From: Mobula hypostoma
Taxonomy: Eukaryota
Reading direction: 5' to 3'
Assembly: GCF_963921235.1 (NCBI RefSeq)
Contig: NC_086108.1
Location: forward strand, 70,434,001-70,494,000
Length of the DNA stretch: 60,000 nucleotides
Shown here: positions 25,152 through 38,370 of the stretch, piece by piece
Layout: each line of letters starts with the position of its first letter
How positions within the stretch are numbered: position 1 is the stretch's first letter
Program-made: the position numbers and the translations under genes
The notes under the pieces: generated by a model
The model's input: only the letters and a program-made list of their open reading frames with translations
Told to the model about the DNA's origin: nothing
The model's database searches: none

Positions 25152-26497
25152 TTAGATGGAGAAGATCCTGAGAGGCAGGATTTATGAACATTTGCATAGG
25201 AATAATATGATTAGGAATACTCAGCATGGCTTTGTCAAGTGCAGGTCGTGCCTTATGAGCCTGATTGTATTTTTTGAGGATGTGACTAAACATATTGATG
25301 AAGGTAGAGCAGTAGATGTAGTATATATGGATTTCAGCAAGGCACTTGATAAGGTACCCCATGCAAGGCTTATTGAGAAAGTAAAGAGGCATGGGATCCA
25401 AGGGGACAATGCTTTGTGGATCCAGAACTGGCTTGCCCACAGAAGGCAAAGAGTGGTTGTAGACAGGTCATATTCTGCATGGAGGTCAGTGACCACTGGT
25501 GTGCCTCAGGGATCTGTTCTGCGACCCCTTCATGATTTTTATAAATGACCTGGATGAGGAAGTGGAGGGATGGGTTAGTAAATTTGCTGATGACACAAAG
25601 GTTGGGGATGTTGTGGATAGTGTGGAAGGCTGTCAGAAGTTACAGTGGGATATTGATAGGATGCAAAACTGGGCTGAGAAGTGGCAGATGGAGTTCAACC
25701 CAGATAAGTGTGAGGTGGTTCATTTTGGTAGGTCAAATACGATGGCAGATTATAGCATTAATGGTAAGAATCTTGGCAGTGTGGAGGATCAGAGGGATCT
25801 TGGGGTCCGAGTCCATAGGGCACTCAAAGCTGCTACGCAGGTTGACTCTGTGGTTAAGAAGGCATACGGTGCGTTGGCCTTCCTCAATCATGGGATTTAG
25901 TTTAAGAGCCGAGAGGTAATGTTGCAGCTATACAGGACCCTGGTCAGACCCCACTTGGAGTACTGTGCTCAATTTTGGTTGCCTCACTACAGGAAGGATG
26001 TAGAAACCATAGAAGGACGCAGAGGAGATTTACAAGGATGTTGCCTGGATTGGGGAGCATGCCTTATGAGAATAGGTTGAGTGAACTTGGCCTTTTCTCC
26101 TTGGAGCGACAGAGAATGAGAGGTGACCTGATAGAGGTGTACAAGATAATGAGAGGCATTGATCATGTGGAGAGTCAGAGACTTTTTCCCAGGGCTGAAT
26201 GGCTAGCACAAGAGGGCATAGTTTTAAGGTGCTTGGAAGTAGATACAGAGGAGATGTCAGGGGTAAGTTTTTTACGCAGAGAGTGGTGAGTGTGTGGAAT
26301 GGGCTGCCGGTGGCAGTGGTGGAGGCGGAAATGATAGGGTTTTTTAAGAGACTCCTGGATGGCTACATGGTGCTTAGAAAAATAGAGGGCTATGAGTAAA
26401 GCCTAGGCAGTTCTAAGGTAAGGACATGTTCAGCACAGCTTTGTGGGCTGAGGGGCCTGTATTGTACTGTAGCTTTTTTATGTTTCTATGTTTCTAA
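25152..26497 (+). mobile_element. 5'-truncated CR1 LINE (frameshifted RT)
   Basis: QHGFVK.RSCL, YMDFSKA.DKVPH, GVPQGSVL and KFADDTK motifs; (tttctatg)n tail. Confidence 0.93.
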
Positions 26498-27003
26498 TCT
26501 ATTTATTATGATTTGTTGGAAAAGGTATTTCAAGTACTCAGTACTATTTCCAATCAGGAAATTGCATTTACATATACTACGTCTATACAGTCTGGAAATT
26601 TCTTGTTTTCTCTGCCGCAGTAGTCAACGTGGTAGGAGTACCATTTTCATGACGGACCTGAAAACATCTATTTGGTATCTCAATGAAAGGCCGTTGCCCA
26701 TCTCCTCTTAAATTGTACTCAATCTCAATTGTCTCAGCAGGGTCATCTGAAGAGTCCTGTGAAGAGGCCAGTATTTGATAACGAATATCACAAATGACTA
26801 CCTGAGATTAGCTTTGTCTCAGTAATCAGTGCAGGAACACAATGGTCACTCCTTTGTGCATGCAAATGCATTCAACAATAAAGCAGACATATCCAGTTGT
26901 TTACAAACTGCTACAAACTGTTTACAAACTGTTACAAACTGTCAACATAACTTTTACAACTATAAAAGGCAGATAAATTTTGAAAACAGATATATATTTA
27001 CAC

Positions 27004-27079
27004 CTGTTAATGATGATGGCAAATTACTTAGATCCACTGGTTCCCCATTGTGCAAAGCCTTTATCGCAATATCAAGCCT
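27004..27079 (-). CDS. CC2D1B: CC2D1B exon, end of DM14-2 (RLDIAIKALHNGEPVDLSNLPSSLT)
   Basis: ttttttag| ... cag|gtgtaa, 76 nt, phase 0->1; G.PVDLS.LP motif. Confidence 0.92.
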
Positions 27080-27514
27080 CTAAAAAAAATAACAAAATAA
27101 CAATTTACACATTCAAATCTGTCTAGTCTATGTTTAAAAACAGTGTACTGTTGTAAATAGTCCAAAATTATTGCATCTGTAAATGAAGCTAAAAGCAAAT
27201 AATTACATTACAAAGAAACCCAGATTAAAATAAATCTTTGGAAATTATATGCCCTGAAATCTTAAAATTGAAGACACCACTAGGATTAAATCCACAACAT
27301 AAGTAAAAACATTTCTTATTTCCACCAAGTCGACAAAAGGCAGATAAAGCGGGTGGAAATTTGGACTGCACAGAAAGTCAGCATTGCTCAATTCTTCTCA
27401 TGCAAGGTGACTTGCATAAACAACATGCTTTCAAACAGAAGGGTCAATGTCAGACATCCAATGAGACAGACAGTTTAACATTCTTAATAACAATATCTTT
27501 TAATGTCGGGGATT

Positions 27515-27702
27515 CATCATCATCATTACGTGCCATACTGTTCGACAAAGGCGATCAATTTTTTTCTGCAGAAGTAGCTTGCCATTGTGGGGGGGGTGGT
27601 AAAGCAGGCACTACACCTTACCCAAGGGTAACCTGTGGGCTAGTGAAGGGAAGGAGCACCTTACACCTCGTTTGGTAGAGACGTAGCTCCACCCTGCCAC
27701 CC
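27515..27702 (-). mobile_element. Short SINE-like element with a structured 5' head and (ATG)n tail
   Basis: 5' gggtggc pairs with gttaccc; internal hairpins; atgatgatg tail. Confidence 0.5.
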
Positions 27703-28338
27703 ATTAGGGATTACATGATATATTAACTATTCCCTTCTTTATTATATGAAGATTTTGGAACTGTCACAGCAAAACCTCTGCATGTCAAAAGTACGTGTAG
27801 TAGGATTAAAAGTAAATATTTAACTGGCTCGTCTGCTTTACACTGTTTTTGAGATTTGGCAACTTCAAAACTGCAGTGGTAGAGCACTTTCCTTCAAAAC
27901 TAAAGAATCAAATCATTGTGAAGTACACAGAAGGTCAAGTTAGAGTTTAACTGCCAATTGCTAGTTCATAAATCTTCAGAAAATAGAATATCACCAGTTT
28001 GAAACAGAGGAACAAGTGCCTAAATTTCAGACAATTTCACGTTGGTAATGGTAGCTTTTGCTAGATTGATCCTTTTTATTATTCAAGTATATTTTACATT
28101 AATTCTGCTTAGTTTTTAGTACTTCACAGCTGATTTCATTTGTCGGATAAGTGTGCAACTTCAAGAGTATCTAATTAATTTTGCCTAAAAGCAAACACAC
28201 CACTACCATTAAAATAGTCTCTGCTGAATAGAACTTCAGGAATTGCTTCTATATTGGTCATATATAAGCATAAATTAAACATTAAATGCTGTTACATTGC
28301 ATTTTACAGGATTCACCAAAAAAATACAAATCTTTTAC

Positions 28339-28463
28339 TTTGCAGGTTTTCACATATTCCAGAGCTGTTGTGATGTCTCCTTGTTGCTTTGCTCTCAGTG
28401 CAGCCAATTTATATTCCTTCTGTCTTCCAATTAACAGCTCTTTTGTTTTTGAATCATCCGACC
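28339..28463 (-). CDS. CC2D1B: CC2D1B exon, DM14 repeat 2 (SDDSKTKELLIGRQKEYKLAALRAKQQGDITTALEYVKTCK)
   Basis: ttttgcag| ... |gtaaaa, 125 nt, phase 1->0; RQ.EYK.AAL.AK..GD motif. Confidence 0.93.
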
Positions 28464-29325
28464 CTGCAAAATGTTAAAAAAAATACTGACTTTAAAAATC
28501 ATAGTATAATTGATCTGCAACAGGACCAGTTTCAGACGACTACCTTCAGAGATTTCCTAATTTGGTTCAGAGCTTAATCCAAAATTGACTACAAGACTGA
28601 TTTGTATTTTACAAACCTGGTATATTTATTTCAGCAGTACTATCTTTCAATCAGTCAAAATATATTTATCAAAGAGGAACAGAACAATAATTTTAACTAG
28701 AGAAGTTCAGAGTGTTCAGTCTTTCACAGATTATATATAATTTCCTCATTGTGGACATCACCTAATTCATGAGCAGTTAGGGTGTGAATATCATTGTGTT
28801 TGGCCTAATCTTGTTGCATTTGGAATCACTGCCTACGGTTTCCATGACTACACTTAACCTCTATAGGATGTCGAGCGCCACTTTTACCAGCAGTCCTGTG
28901 TTTCAGAGATATGTGGCCTGAAGAGACTGACAACTGGCATAGTGGGGCCTAAGACATCACCAGGTGCAAAAGCTGACATGCAGAGTTATTTAATAAGAAT
29001 TAAAATGGAAGAAAATAATTCAATTATTTAAAAAAATTAAATGATTGAAGTTAACCAACAATGCCTCAAAAACATATTAAAAATAAGTACTTTAAAATGC
29101 AACCTACCTTGTCATTTGCTTCCTAATCAATTTAGCCTGTTGCAGGGTTCAAGAGCAATTCCTTGGTACTATGCTTGGAACTTGGTGAGTGGGTTTGGCC
29201 ACTAGACTCCTTGAGAACCTAGTGGCTCAGTGAACTGACAGAGCTGGCTTTACAAATCTGTTTGCAAGACCCGACCTATTACAACTGAAATGGCAGAATA
29301 AGAGCAGTTTCTTTTGATACAGTAC

Positions 29326-29647
29326 CTGTACCGTCATTAACTGCTGCAATGGGCACATCACTGATCTCTGAGTGAGTGGTCGGTGCATGCTCTTCAAGAA
29401 CATTTTGAGATTCAGGCATGGAAGGCATCACAGGTAACACAGTCTTAATAGATTTTGCTGGTGCTGCTGTTTCATCAGGAATTTCAGCTTTTCCACCCTC
29501 TACATTTTCAGCTTCTGAACTTCCCGCAGTTAAGCCATCGGGTTGGAGGACTGGAGCACTGCTTTTACCAGTGGGCACCGGGGGAGGAATTTCTGCTTCA
29601 TCTATTTTTTTACCTTTCTTTGCAGAAACCAGCATTGTCTGTAGAGT
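29326..29647 (-). CDS. CC2D1B: CC2D1B exon, end of DM14-1 plus linker (TLQTMLVSAKKGKKIDEAEIPPPVPTGKSS...)
   Basis: ttttaacag| acceptor; donor cag|gtactg (an alternative in-frame donor would end the exon at 29332); phase 0->1. Confidence 0.9.
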
Positions 29648-30244
29648 CTGTTAAAAAAAAAGGAATCAGTTAAAGACTGTATATACTATATTTAAATAAA
29701 CCTTAAAATTCACAAGATTTCTAATAAATTCTTCTCAAGGTTTTCCAAAAAAAAATCCAACTATTTCAGTGAGAATATCATCTCCATATTCTTTTAAGAA
29801 CCCACACTTCACATAATAAGCAGCTTGTTGAGTAGATTATGAAAAGGAAATCCAAAATGAACTTGTACGTTAAACCAAAAGTTCTTCATTTTTGCTATGT
29901 AAGTACACACAGTTAAAGAGAAATTGCAAAAAAAATTTCGAAGTTAAAATATGAGTGCACAACATTCAGCTATGCTAAAGCAACATTAAATCCAACCAAA
30001 AATACAGCCCTAATGAGAATTTTAATTCAACTTCTCTGAATTGCTAATTTGCTAAATGGAGCCTCAGGGCTAAATCTTTCTTTAAGACAAGGTTTGACAG
30101 AAATAGACTTCACACTTTGGCTGCGTTATGAAAACGCTGTTCCCATCAATTGACACTGAAGCATCTCCAATGCAATCGACAGAAAAATCTGAACTGCCCA
30201 AAATTTACACGGAGGTTGGAACATAAATAACTAATAAATTATAC

Positions 30245-30382
30245 CTTTAGTCCTCGTTCATATCTTCTCATTTTGGAGGTTTCCCCAGCTTGCTTTGCGT
30301 TAGCAACTGCAACCCCATACATCCGAATTCGTTCTTCCAGCGTACCTTGCAAACCAGGCGCATTCATAGAAACTGTGCTCGA
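30245..30382 (-). CDS. CC2D1B: CC2D1B exon, DM14 repeat 1 (LQGTLEERIRMYGVAVANAKQAGETSKMRRYERGLK)
   Basis: Pyrimidine tract + aag| ... aag|gtataa, 138 nt, phase 0->0; DM14 motif. Confidence 0.95.
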
Positions 30383-30499
30383 CTTGGGGAGGGGAAAAAT
30401 AGGATATATTTTTCTGATCACATGCTTGAACATATAATGCACACCACAGTAAGGCACTTGTTCTAAATGCTGGTAAGTTATCATCCTTAAGCTTTCATG

Positions 30500-31140
30500 G
30501 ACCTCAATTACTTTTTCTCAGCAGTTACCAGAAGCTCTATTCCCTTGTCCCCCATGATTGACACATTCCTTCCTTTATTCATATCAGGACTGTATACTTC
30601 AATAACTCCAAGTGGCAAAATGTTCTACACTCTTAATATACTTATAGAATCTCCTTTATCTTATCTGCCAAATCATGCCCTCTTTTAGCCCTCCTACTTT
30701 CCTATTAAATGTACTCCTCATCCCTTAAGCACCACAATCCCACCTACCTTCACCTGACAAATGCTTCGTTTTTCTTGATCAGACTGTCAATATCCCTTGT
30801 GAACCAGGGTTCCCTCTGCTTGCCAGCCTTGCCTTTCACTCTATCTGGAACTTGCTGATCCTAAATTCTCTCTCTAAATCACTTTTAAAAACCTCGCAAA
30901 TGCTAGACAGCCCCTTTACCTGCAACAGCCTCTCATAATCCACCTCTGCAAGTTCCCATCTAATTGCATCAAAGTTACCCTTTCCCTGTTTTAAGACTTC
31001 ATCTTGGGGACTGGTCCTGTGTTTTTTCATACTTTAAAACTAGGAGAATATGGTTACTGGTACCAAATTGATCTGACATTCTGGTAACTTGCCCTCCCTC
31101 ATTTCCCAACAGGGGGTTGAGTGTAAATAGGACCTTCAAC
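30500..31140 (-). mobile_element. Old CR1 fragment (region upstream of RT)
   Basis: KGNFDAIRWELAEVD.ERLL..K motif. Confidence 0.6.
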
Positions 31141-32147
31141 ATTTTGGATTCTATTTTCCAATAAATGTGCCCCAGTGTGCAGGTCAATGAACACACTCTA
31201 TTAGTAAGCAATTCATCTTTAGTTCTTGTATATGGCTTTGTGATGTACTCCATCACAATATAAATGTAAGATAAAATCATCACTACTTGCTTTTGTGACA
31301 AACTTTGGAAACAAATGCAAGGCCTAAATCTCTCAACAATTTTTAAAAAATTGTTCTATGATTTCACGAAATTAGTAAATCTCAGGTGCTGATAATATTA
31401 GAATAAATTGTGGAATTCAAACACTTTGAATGACTTGCCACTTTATGAGTAAATTTATCCAGTATGCCAATGTTAGAGTGATTTTTGGGTTTAGGTCATT
31501 TACATTTAGCAAATGGCTTTGGCCACCAGTCTTCTGTTCCTTGATAATGTATTGTGGATTTAGTTTGTAACAATGAATTCGTAAAAGCCCAGTCCAGACA
31601 CTGCTGGCGCCTGTGAGATGGATGTGAACCAGAAGGTGTGAAGTTTGTATGTAGTTTCAAAAGAAAGCATTGTCTATATACTTTGTAAATGTGGAATTGT
31701 CCTTTGTGTTTAGCAAATAAATATCGAGTCCCACGTTGGGCAGCAGACTTTTCCACCGAAAGCGTCTCCGTCCGTATGATGTGGTTTTGTCGAATAAAGA
31801 AGCTGCTTTGTATCTATCAGTAACTTTCTCTCCAGTGATTTCATTCATGCAACAACAGCCAATACACCATGTCCTACCGGATCAATTTTTATAACCACAT
31901 TTATGATGGATGCCACAACTCTATTTGGGCATTTTCTCAATAATTTCACCCAGAGTTGTTCTTAGTATGTTCAGGGCATCAAGGGGTATGGTGAGAAGGC
32001 AGGTGTATGTGGTTGAGTGGGATCTAGGATTAGCCGTGATGGAATGGCAGAGCAGACACAATGGGCTGAATGGCCTAATTCTGCTCCTATGTCTTATGGT
32101 CTTATGTTATATTTCAGGGAAGTTATAAGACTTAATGTAACCAATAT

Positions 32148-33190
32148 CAGGCAGTGACTAGTGGGGTACCGCAAGGCTCAGTGCTGGGACCCCAGTTGTT
32201 TACAATATATATTAATGACTTAGACGAGGGAATTAAATGCAGCATCTCCAAGTTTGCGGATGACACGAAGCTGGGTGGCAGAGTTAGCTATGAGGAGGAT
32301 GCTAAGGGGATGCAGGGTGACTTGGATAAGTTAGGTAAGCAGGCAAATTCATGGCAGATGCAATTTAATGTGGATCAATGTGAGGTTATCCACTTTGGTG
32401 GCAAGAACAGAAAAACAGATTATTATCTGAACGGTGGCTGATTAGGATAAGGGGAGGTGCAACAAGACCTGGTGTCATTGTACACCAGTCATTGAAAGTG
32501 GGCATGCAGGTACGGCAGGCGGTGAAAAAGGCGAATGGTATGCTGGCATTCATAGCAAGAAGATTTGAGTACAGGAGCAGGAAGGTTCTACTGCAGTTGT
32601 ACAAGCCTTGGTGAGACCACACCTGGAGTATTGTGTGTAGCTTTGGTCCCCTAATCTGAGGAAAGATATCCTTGTCATAGAGGAAGTACAAAGAAGGTTC
32701 ACCAGATTGATTCCTGGGATGGCAGGACTTTCATATGATGAAAGACTGGATCGACTAGACTTCTACTTGCTGGAATTTAGAAGATTGAGGGGGGATCTTA
32801 TTGAAACGTATAAAATTCTAAAGGGATTTGACAGGCTAGTTGGAGGAAGATTGTTCCCGATGTTGGGGAAGTCCAGAACGAGGGGTCACAGTTTACGGAT
32901 AAAGGGAAAGCCTTTTAGGACCGAGATGAGGAAAAACTTCTTCACACAGAGAGTGGTGAATCTGTGGAATTCTCTGCCACAGGAAACAGCTGAGGCCAGT
33001 TCATTGGCTATATTTAAGAGGGAGTTAGATAAGGCCCTTGTGGCTAAAGGGATTGGGGGTATGGAGAGAAGGCAGGTACAGGGTTCTGAGTTGGATGATC
33101 AGCCATGATCATACTGAATGGTGGTGCAGGCTCGAGGGGCCGAATGGCCTACTCCTGCACCTATTTTCTATGTTTCTATGTTTATGTTTC
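32148..33190 (+). mobile_element. CR1 3' fragment, young subfamily
   Basis: GVPQGSVLGPQLF..INDLD..KFADDTK; nearly identical to 44880-45920. Confidence 0.93.
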
Positions 33191-33697
33191 TATATAAAAT
33201 GAACATTAGGCAAAGTTAAAAACTAGGCAAAGACCTCGTAAAAGACATAAAAGCTTTACTTTGTTATTCTATGAACTGAAAGCGAATCAGGCAAAGCATA
33301 ACTAACTCATCTTCATCTACAAATTGCTAAAGCTGATGCTGACAATAGTATAGTTTAGCTCTTGGTGCTATTCCACTGCTACCAACTTGCTGACAATTTT
33401 ATGCATCAATACATTACAGTTAATCTCCACTGTGTTAATTACACATTTTTCTTAAATTGAATTTCAGTGGTCCTTTTAAGAAAACTCAATAAATATCTTA
33501 CAAGACATTTCTCATTCTAAAGATTATCTGCACTTTCCAAATAAGAGTGTAATTAGTAAAGTCAAATTACTAATATAGTCTACCGAGGTGCAGCAAATAA
33601 AAGCACATTATGTAGCAATAAGTTTTGTTTTAACTGACAGTATTACACCATATACAAGAATAATCTTTCCTTGTTAACCTAGAAAGACGTCATTCAC

Positions 33698-33805
33698 CTG
33701 AGGCTGAGATACAATTTGCTGCCTTATCGATACTGGCGTCTCTGTGGGAGAAGGTGAATTTGAAGATTCTTCCTCCTCATCCCCGACCACTTCCTTTAAC
33801 TCTGC
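33698..33805 (-). CDS. CC2D1B: CC2D1B exon (AELKEVVGDEEEESSNSPSPTETPVSIRQQIVSQPQ)
   Basis: ttaag| ... cag|gtgaat, 108 nt, phase 0->0. Continues the conserved L(A/T)EL.EV.G motif. Confidence 0.88.
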
Positions 33806-34551
33806 CTTAATTAGAAAAATAAATGTTTTATGTAACTTGAGCAAATATTTTTAATTAGCACACTACCTGGTTTACAATTATGTAATCCATTAACAAATTA
33901 ATAAACACAGAATACAGTTTAATACTGAGGCATTTGTTTGCTAGGTCCTCTGCAGGTTTAGATTTGTGGAAATAAGGGGACAAGCAATTAAAGGATGTAA
34001 CTGTGAAAGAGGCATCTGTCAGTGGTTATATTAAGGTTAAACTACCAGACACAATGTTACTATTTTCTGGTTTCAAGTTATTCAGCAAAAAATAAGATAA
34101 CCCATAACTTTCAACCATTGATACATTTTAAGATAAACACATTTAATACACAATTATTTTATATTCCATAGCTTAAGGTGTTTGCCAAAATAAACACCAA
34201 ATGGATAATGTAAACAGTTAATTATCATTAAATTAATTAGGCACAATGACCAATGCTTAAATTCATTCCAATCACTTCCCACATCATCTACTGGTTAAAG
34301 CAAATCATGACAGGATGTTGAGCTAGCATATCTGTGTAGAACTGGTAGATTTTGTTGATGTGGGGTCACAGAAAAATGATCAGCTGGGTTTTCTGTTTAC
34401 AAATCTATCCAATTACTCATTCTGGATAACTGCAATTGTGTAATCTTCATGACTCCACTTGAATATGACTTCACATTTCATTGAAAGGCCTTCAGGCATT
34501 AATTCATAATCCCAATACACAATAAGTTCAAAATTTACAAAAGGAAAATTA

Positions 34552-36104
34552 CCGTAAATTCCAGTGTATAAGCCGAAAATTTGGCCCTAAATTTTGGTCC
34601 GAAAATTAGGCGGTTGGCTTATACAGAGGGTGCCAACTTTGGAAAAACGAATACACGGAAGATAAGTCGTCTTTAATGGCTGTTTTTGAGTCAAATACAA
34701 AAGAAAATACAAATGCTTATGAAATCTACACAAAAGAAACACAGATGTCAAACCACCAGGGATGAATGCAATGTCCGTATTTTCAGCTTTCAGTGCTGCT
34801 TTTGTCTCACCTGACAAGTGCGCTTTGCACATGTCCCAGACAAGTAGCAACTTTTCCTTCCTGAAACCCTCGGGACGTCAACGCCACCCCTCTTTAACCC
34901 ACTTCAAGCAACCCACTTCGTCCATCCAGCCGTGTTCTTGAACGTAAACAACTACACCCCGCGGGAATTTTTCTTTCTTTGGTAATGTTTTCCTCTTAAA
35001 AATCACCATCGGTGGTAGTTTGGTCCCATCAGCCATACACGTTAACACGACAGTAAAATGATGCTACTCGTGTCCAGATGTTTTGACAAGGACTGTTTTC
35101 TCCCCCTTCTGATTGACAGTGCGGTTGCCAGCAAAATCAAAGAACATTGGTGTCTCGTCCATGTTACCAATCAGTGAGAGCGGGTAAGAACGTGCCTTTC
35201 AATGCTTGATTACAAACAATTGGAAGGCCGTAATCTTATTCTCAAGGTTGCCCAGCAACTTCTGAGCAATCTTTGCTTTTTGTCTCAACACAAGATCACG
35301 TCTATTCATAAATTGGGTGCACCAACTTCACATAGCTTTGAAATTTTCACTGACCTCACTGTGTTTTGCGGTCCATTTCAACGCTTGAACTCAAATCATT
35401 TCTCTGATAACAATGTATCCAGACAATCGCTGGTGATTCGCCCACTCTAAAACTTTTTCTTCCCGTCCTGGCCACTGGTATGTTTTCCCGTGGTTTGCAC
35501 ATTTCGTCTTTGGCATTTCCCTCAGCGTGTCCTCTGCCTTTCTCCACTCTCTCACTTGTGTCACATTTACACTAAACTTCTTAGCAGCTGCAGAATCATT
35601 CATTCCTTTAGCAAAATCAACAACCTTCAGCTTGAAGCTAGCATCGTATCGCATTCATTTTAATCTTTTGTACATGGTGGTCACAAACTCAATACTGAGC
35701 ACACGTACTGATCCCACCACCCCGCATTATGTTTTAACGAGATTACGATGGGTGCTAAATGGTTTCACGGGGGTTACATTTCAGAGGATTCTTTACCATT
35801 GGGAACCTAATCCAAAACTTCCCTCCCTGATTTATTTATTAAGAATTCGCTTATAATGCTCAACAATGTGTAGGCCTATTTTCTTAGCAGGTACTGGTTC
35901 ACAAAATTTCCAGGTTCCGGATCCAGCAAAGCTGAGTACTGGCATGTGAGATCTTGTGATCTTTTCTGGTTAAATCAAAAACCTCTACAAAAGGGGTCGG
36001 CTTATACAAAGGTAACATGAAAAAGTCACTTTTTTAACCTTAAAAATGGGGGGGGGGGGGGATCGGCTTATACTCCGGGTCGGCTTATACACTGGAATTT
36101 ACAG
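34552..36104 (-). mobile_element. Tc2/pogo-family (POGK-related) DNA transposon with a decayed transposase
   Basis: TA|ccgtaaattccagtgtataagccga ... tcggcttatacactggaatttacag|TA TIRs. BrkDBD-like N-terminus (YDASFKLKVVDFAK...AAAKKFSVN..QVREWRK) and DDE_1 motifs NMDETP, GWMDE, LLVWD, IPGGLTS. Confidence 0.9.
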
Positions 36105-36121
36105 TAAGTGAAAAACCATTT

Positions 36122-37524
36122 TCTATTTTAGGTTCCTCTCTTTCTTTTGATTTGAAACGCCTTAAACAGGTGTCTAACCCGATAGTTAAATATACCTTAC
36201 GTACTTGGTTTCAATTCAGAAAATTTTTTGATCTTAATCAATTTGGGTTAGCGATTCCTATTTTAGGTAACATATTTTTTCCTCCCTCTTTTACGGATCG
36301 TGCTTTTCAAATTTGGAAGACTAAGGGTATTTCACGGTTTTTGGATTTATTTTTAGATGGTTCCCTTATGTCTTTTGAACAATTATCTAATAAATATAAG
36401 TTATCAAGAATACATTTTTTTAGATATCTACAAGTTAGAAATTTCCTAAGTACTATACTTTCTTCCTTTCCAATGCTTCCTCCTACATACATTTTAGATA
36501 CTATAATTAACCTTAATCCATGTCAGAAAGGTGCATCGGCTATGATTTATAATATTATTATGAAACTTAGGAAAGCTCCATTTGATAAGATTAGGGTAGA
36601 TTGGGAACAGGAATTGGGGTTTATCATTTCCGTGGATGACTGGGGGCAGATTTTACAATTAGTCAATACTTCCTCTATCTGTGCTAAACATTCCCTAATT
36701 CAATTTAAAGTTGTTCATAGAGCACATATGTCCAAAGATAAGTTAGCGCGCTTTTATTCTCATATTAATCCTTTTTGTGATAGATGTCCAGGGCAGATAG
36801 CCTCTTTAACTCATATGTTTTGGTCTTGCCCTACTCTGGAAACATTTTGGAGAGACATTTTTAATATTATCTCCAAGGTATTGAATATAGATATCTCTCC
36901 TCACCCTATTACTGCTATCTTTGGACTACCTAAAATTTCCAGTAATCTCTCCCCTTCAGCCCGTAGAATGATTGCATTTCTTACTTTAATGGCGAAAAGA
37001 TGTATCTTACAACATTGGAAAGAGCTTAATGCTCCAACTACCTTTTTTTGGTTTTCTCAGACGATATTATGCTTGAATTTGGAGAAAGTTAGAAGCAATC
37101 TTTATGACTCCTCATTTAAATTTGAACAGACTTGGAGATCTTTTATTCAATATTTTCATTTAATGTAATATATACCCTTCTTGTTTTTTTTTAAACTGTT
37201 TTTAATGGAGGTCGGGATTGAGGACGTGATTTTAAGTTTTTTTAACTCTGTTTGGTTTCAAGTTAGCCCATTGCTTTGCTTTGCTTTTAGTTAGTTGCAC
37301 GGTGGGTTTTTTTTGTGTTTTTTTTTCCTTTTCTCTATTGATATATATATAAAAATTAGTATACTATTATGTTACCTTGGTATGTTATGTTTAAATTACA
37401 TTGTTTGTAGTATTTTTTTTGTATTAATATCTTCTGTAATTTTATTATATTCTAACAGTGTATTAGTGCCTGTATGGCTTACCTTTTTGTATACTTATTC
37501 AATAAAAAGATTAAAAAGAAAGAA
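36122..37524 (+). mobile_element. 5'-truncated L1-clade LINE with an uninterrupted ORF2 C-terminus
   Basis: 338-aa ORF with a CCHC-type motif CDRC...HMFWSC; AATAAA at 37501; A-rich tail. TSD gaaaaaccattt at 36110-36121 and 37525-37536. Confidence 0.9.
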
Positions 37525-38370
37525 GAAAAACCATTTAATAAATGAATGTTGTATATTTAAATAATAACAGGCATTTATGTATAATACAAATTATTTAGGA
37601 ATAACTCAAACAACAACACAATTGAATTCATTCATTACAAGCACTTTAGAATGAAATCCAGAAAATATTTGAAACCCTCAGGAGGTTGGCAGCAATGAAG
37701 CAGATGACCTTTGATCAAAATGGGAAAATATAGATACGTACGAGTTTTAAAATAAGACAATAAAACATACGAGGGAGCAGAATTAAGCCATTCAGCCAAT
37801 CGAGTCAGCTCCACTGGCTGATTTGGGAAAGGGAAAGAGAGAACAAAAGGCATATTCTATACTAAGGTGGTAACCATTGGCAGATCTGATAAAAGTTAAT
37901 TACCCAAACATTAACTTTCTACTTCTTCTTTCTACCAATTTAACCATCCTACTTTTCTTTCATTTTCTAGTTTTGTTCAGATTTCCTGAGGAAATATTTG
38001 TACAGTATTTTAGATGTGCTTTAGTGCAAGGTAACAGAAACATTTTAAGTAATACATAAGTATGGTTCCACAGGATAAGGTTGTAGTATTGTAGCAGTCA
38101 CTGAGACAGAGCTGCGCTAGAACTAAATGTAGCAAGTTATATCTACAGAAGAGAAAGCAAAAAGGCAGAGGGGTAGGTTTTGTCAGTGATTGGAATGAAA
38201 TTTAGTTGTGGCGAGAAGATAGGAAAATGAAGAAATAAATTAGCCATGATCAAATGGTGGAGCAGACTCAATGGACCAAATGGCCTAATCCTGCCCGTGT
38301 GCCTTATGTTCTTATATTGATATGTACAAGTAACGGTGCAATATACACCTTAATGAATATGAGATATATG

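Noticed and set aside
26898..26945. Short tandem (t/c)tacaaactg repeats
   Set aside because: Simple minisatellite with no spacers; not CRISPR-like.
29109..29276. Exon-like segment (ag| ... aag|gtaggt) with a hairpin gccactag/ctagtggc
   Set aside because: Stops in all three minus-strand frames and no convincing snoRNA boxes. At most a poison exon, which I cannot support.
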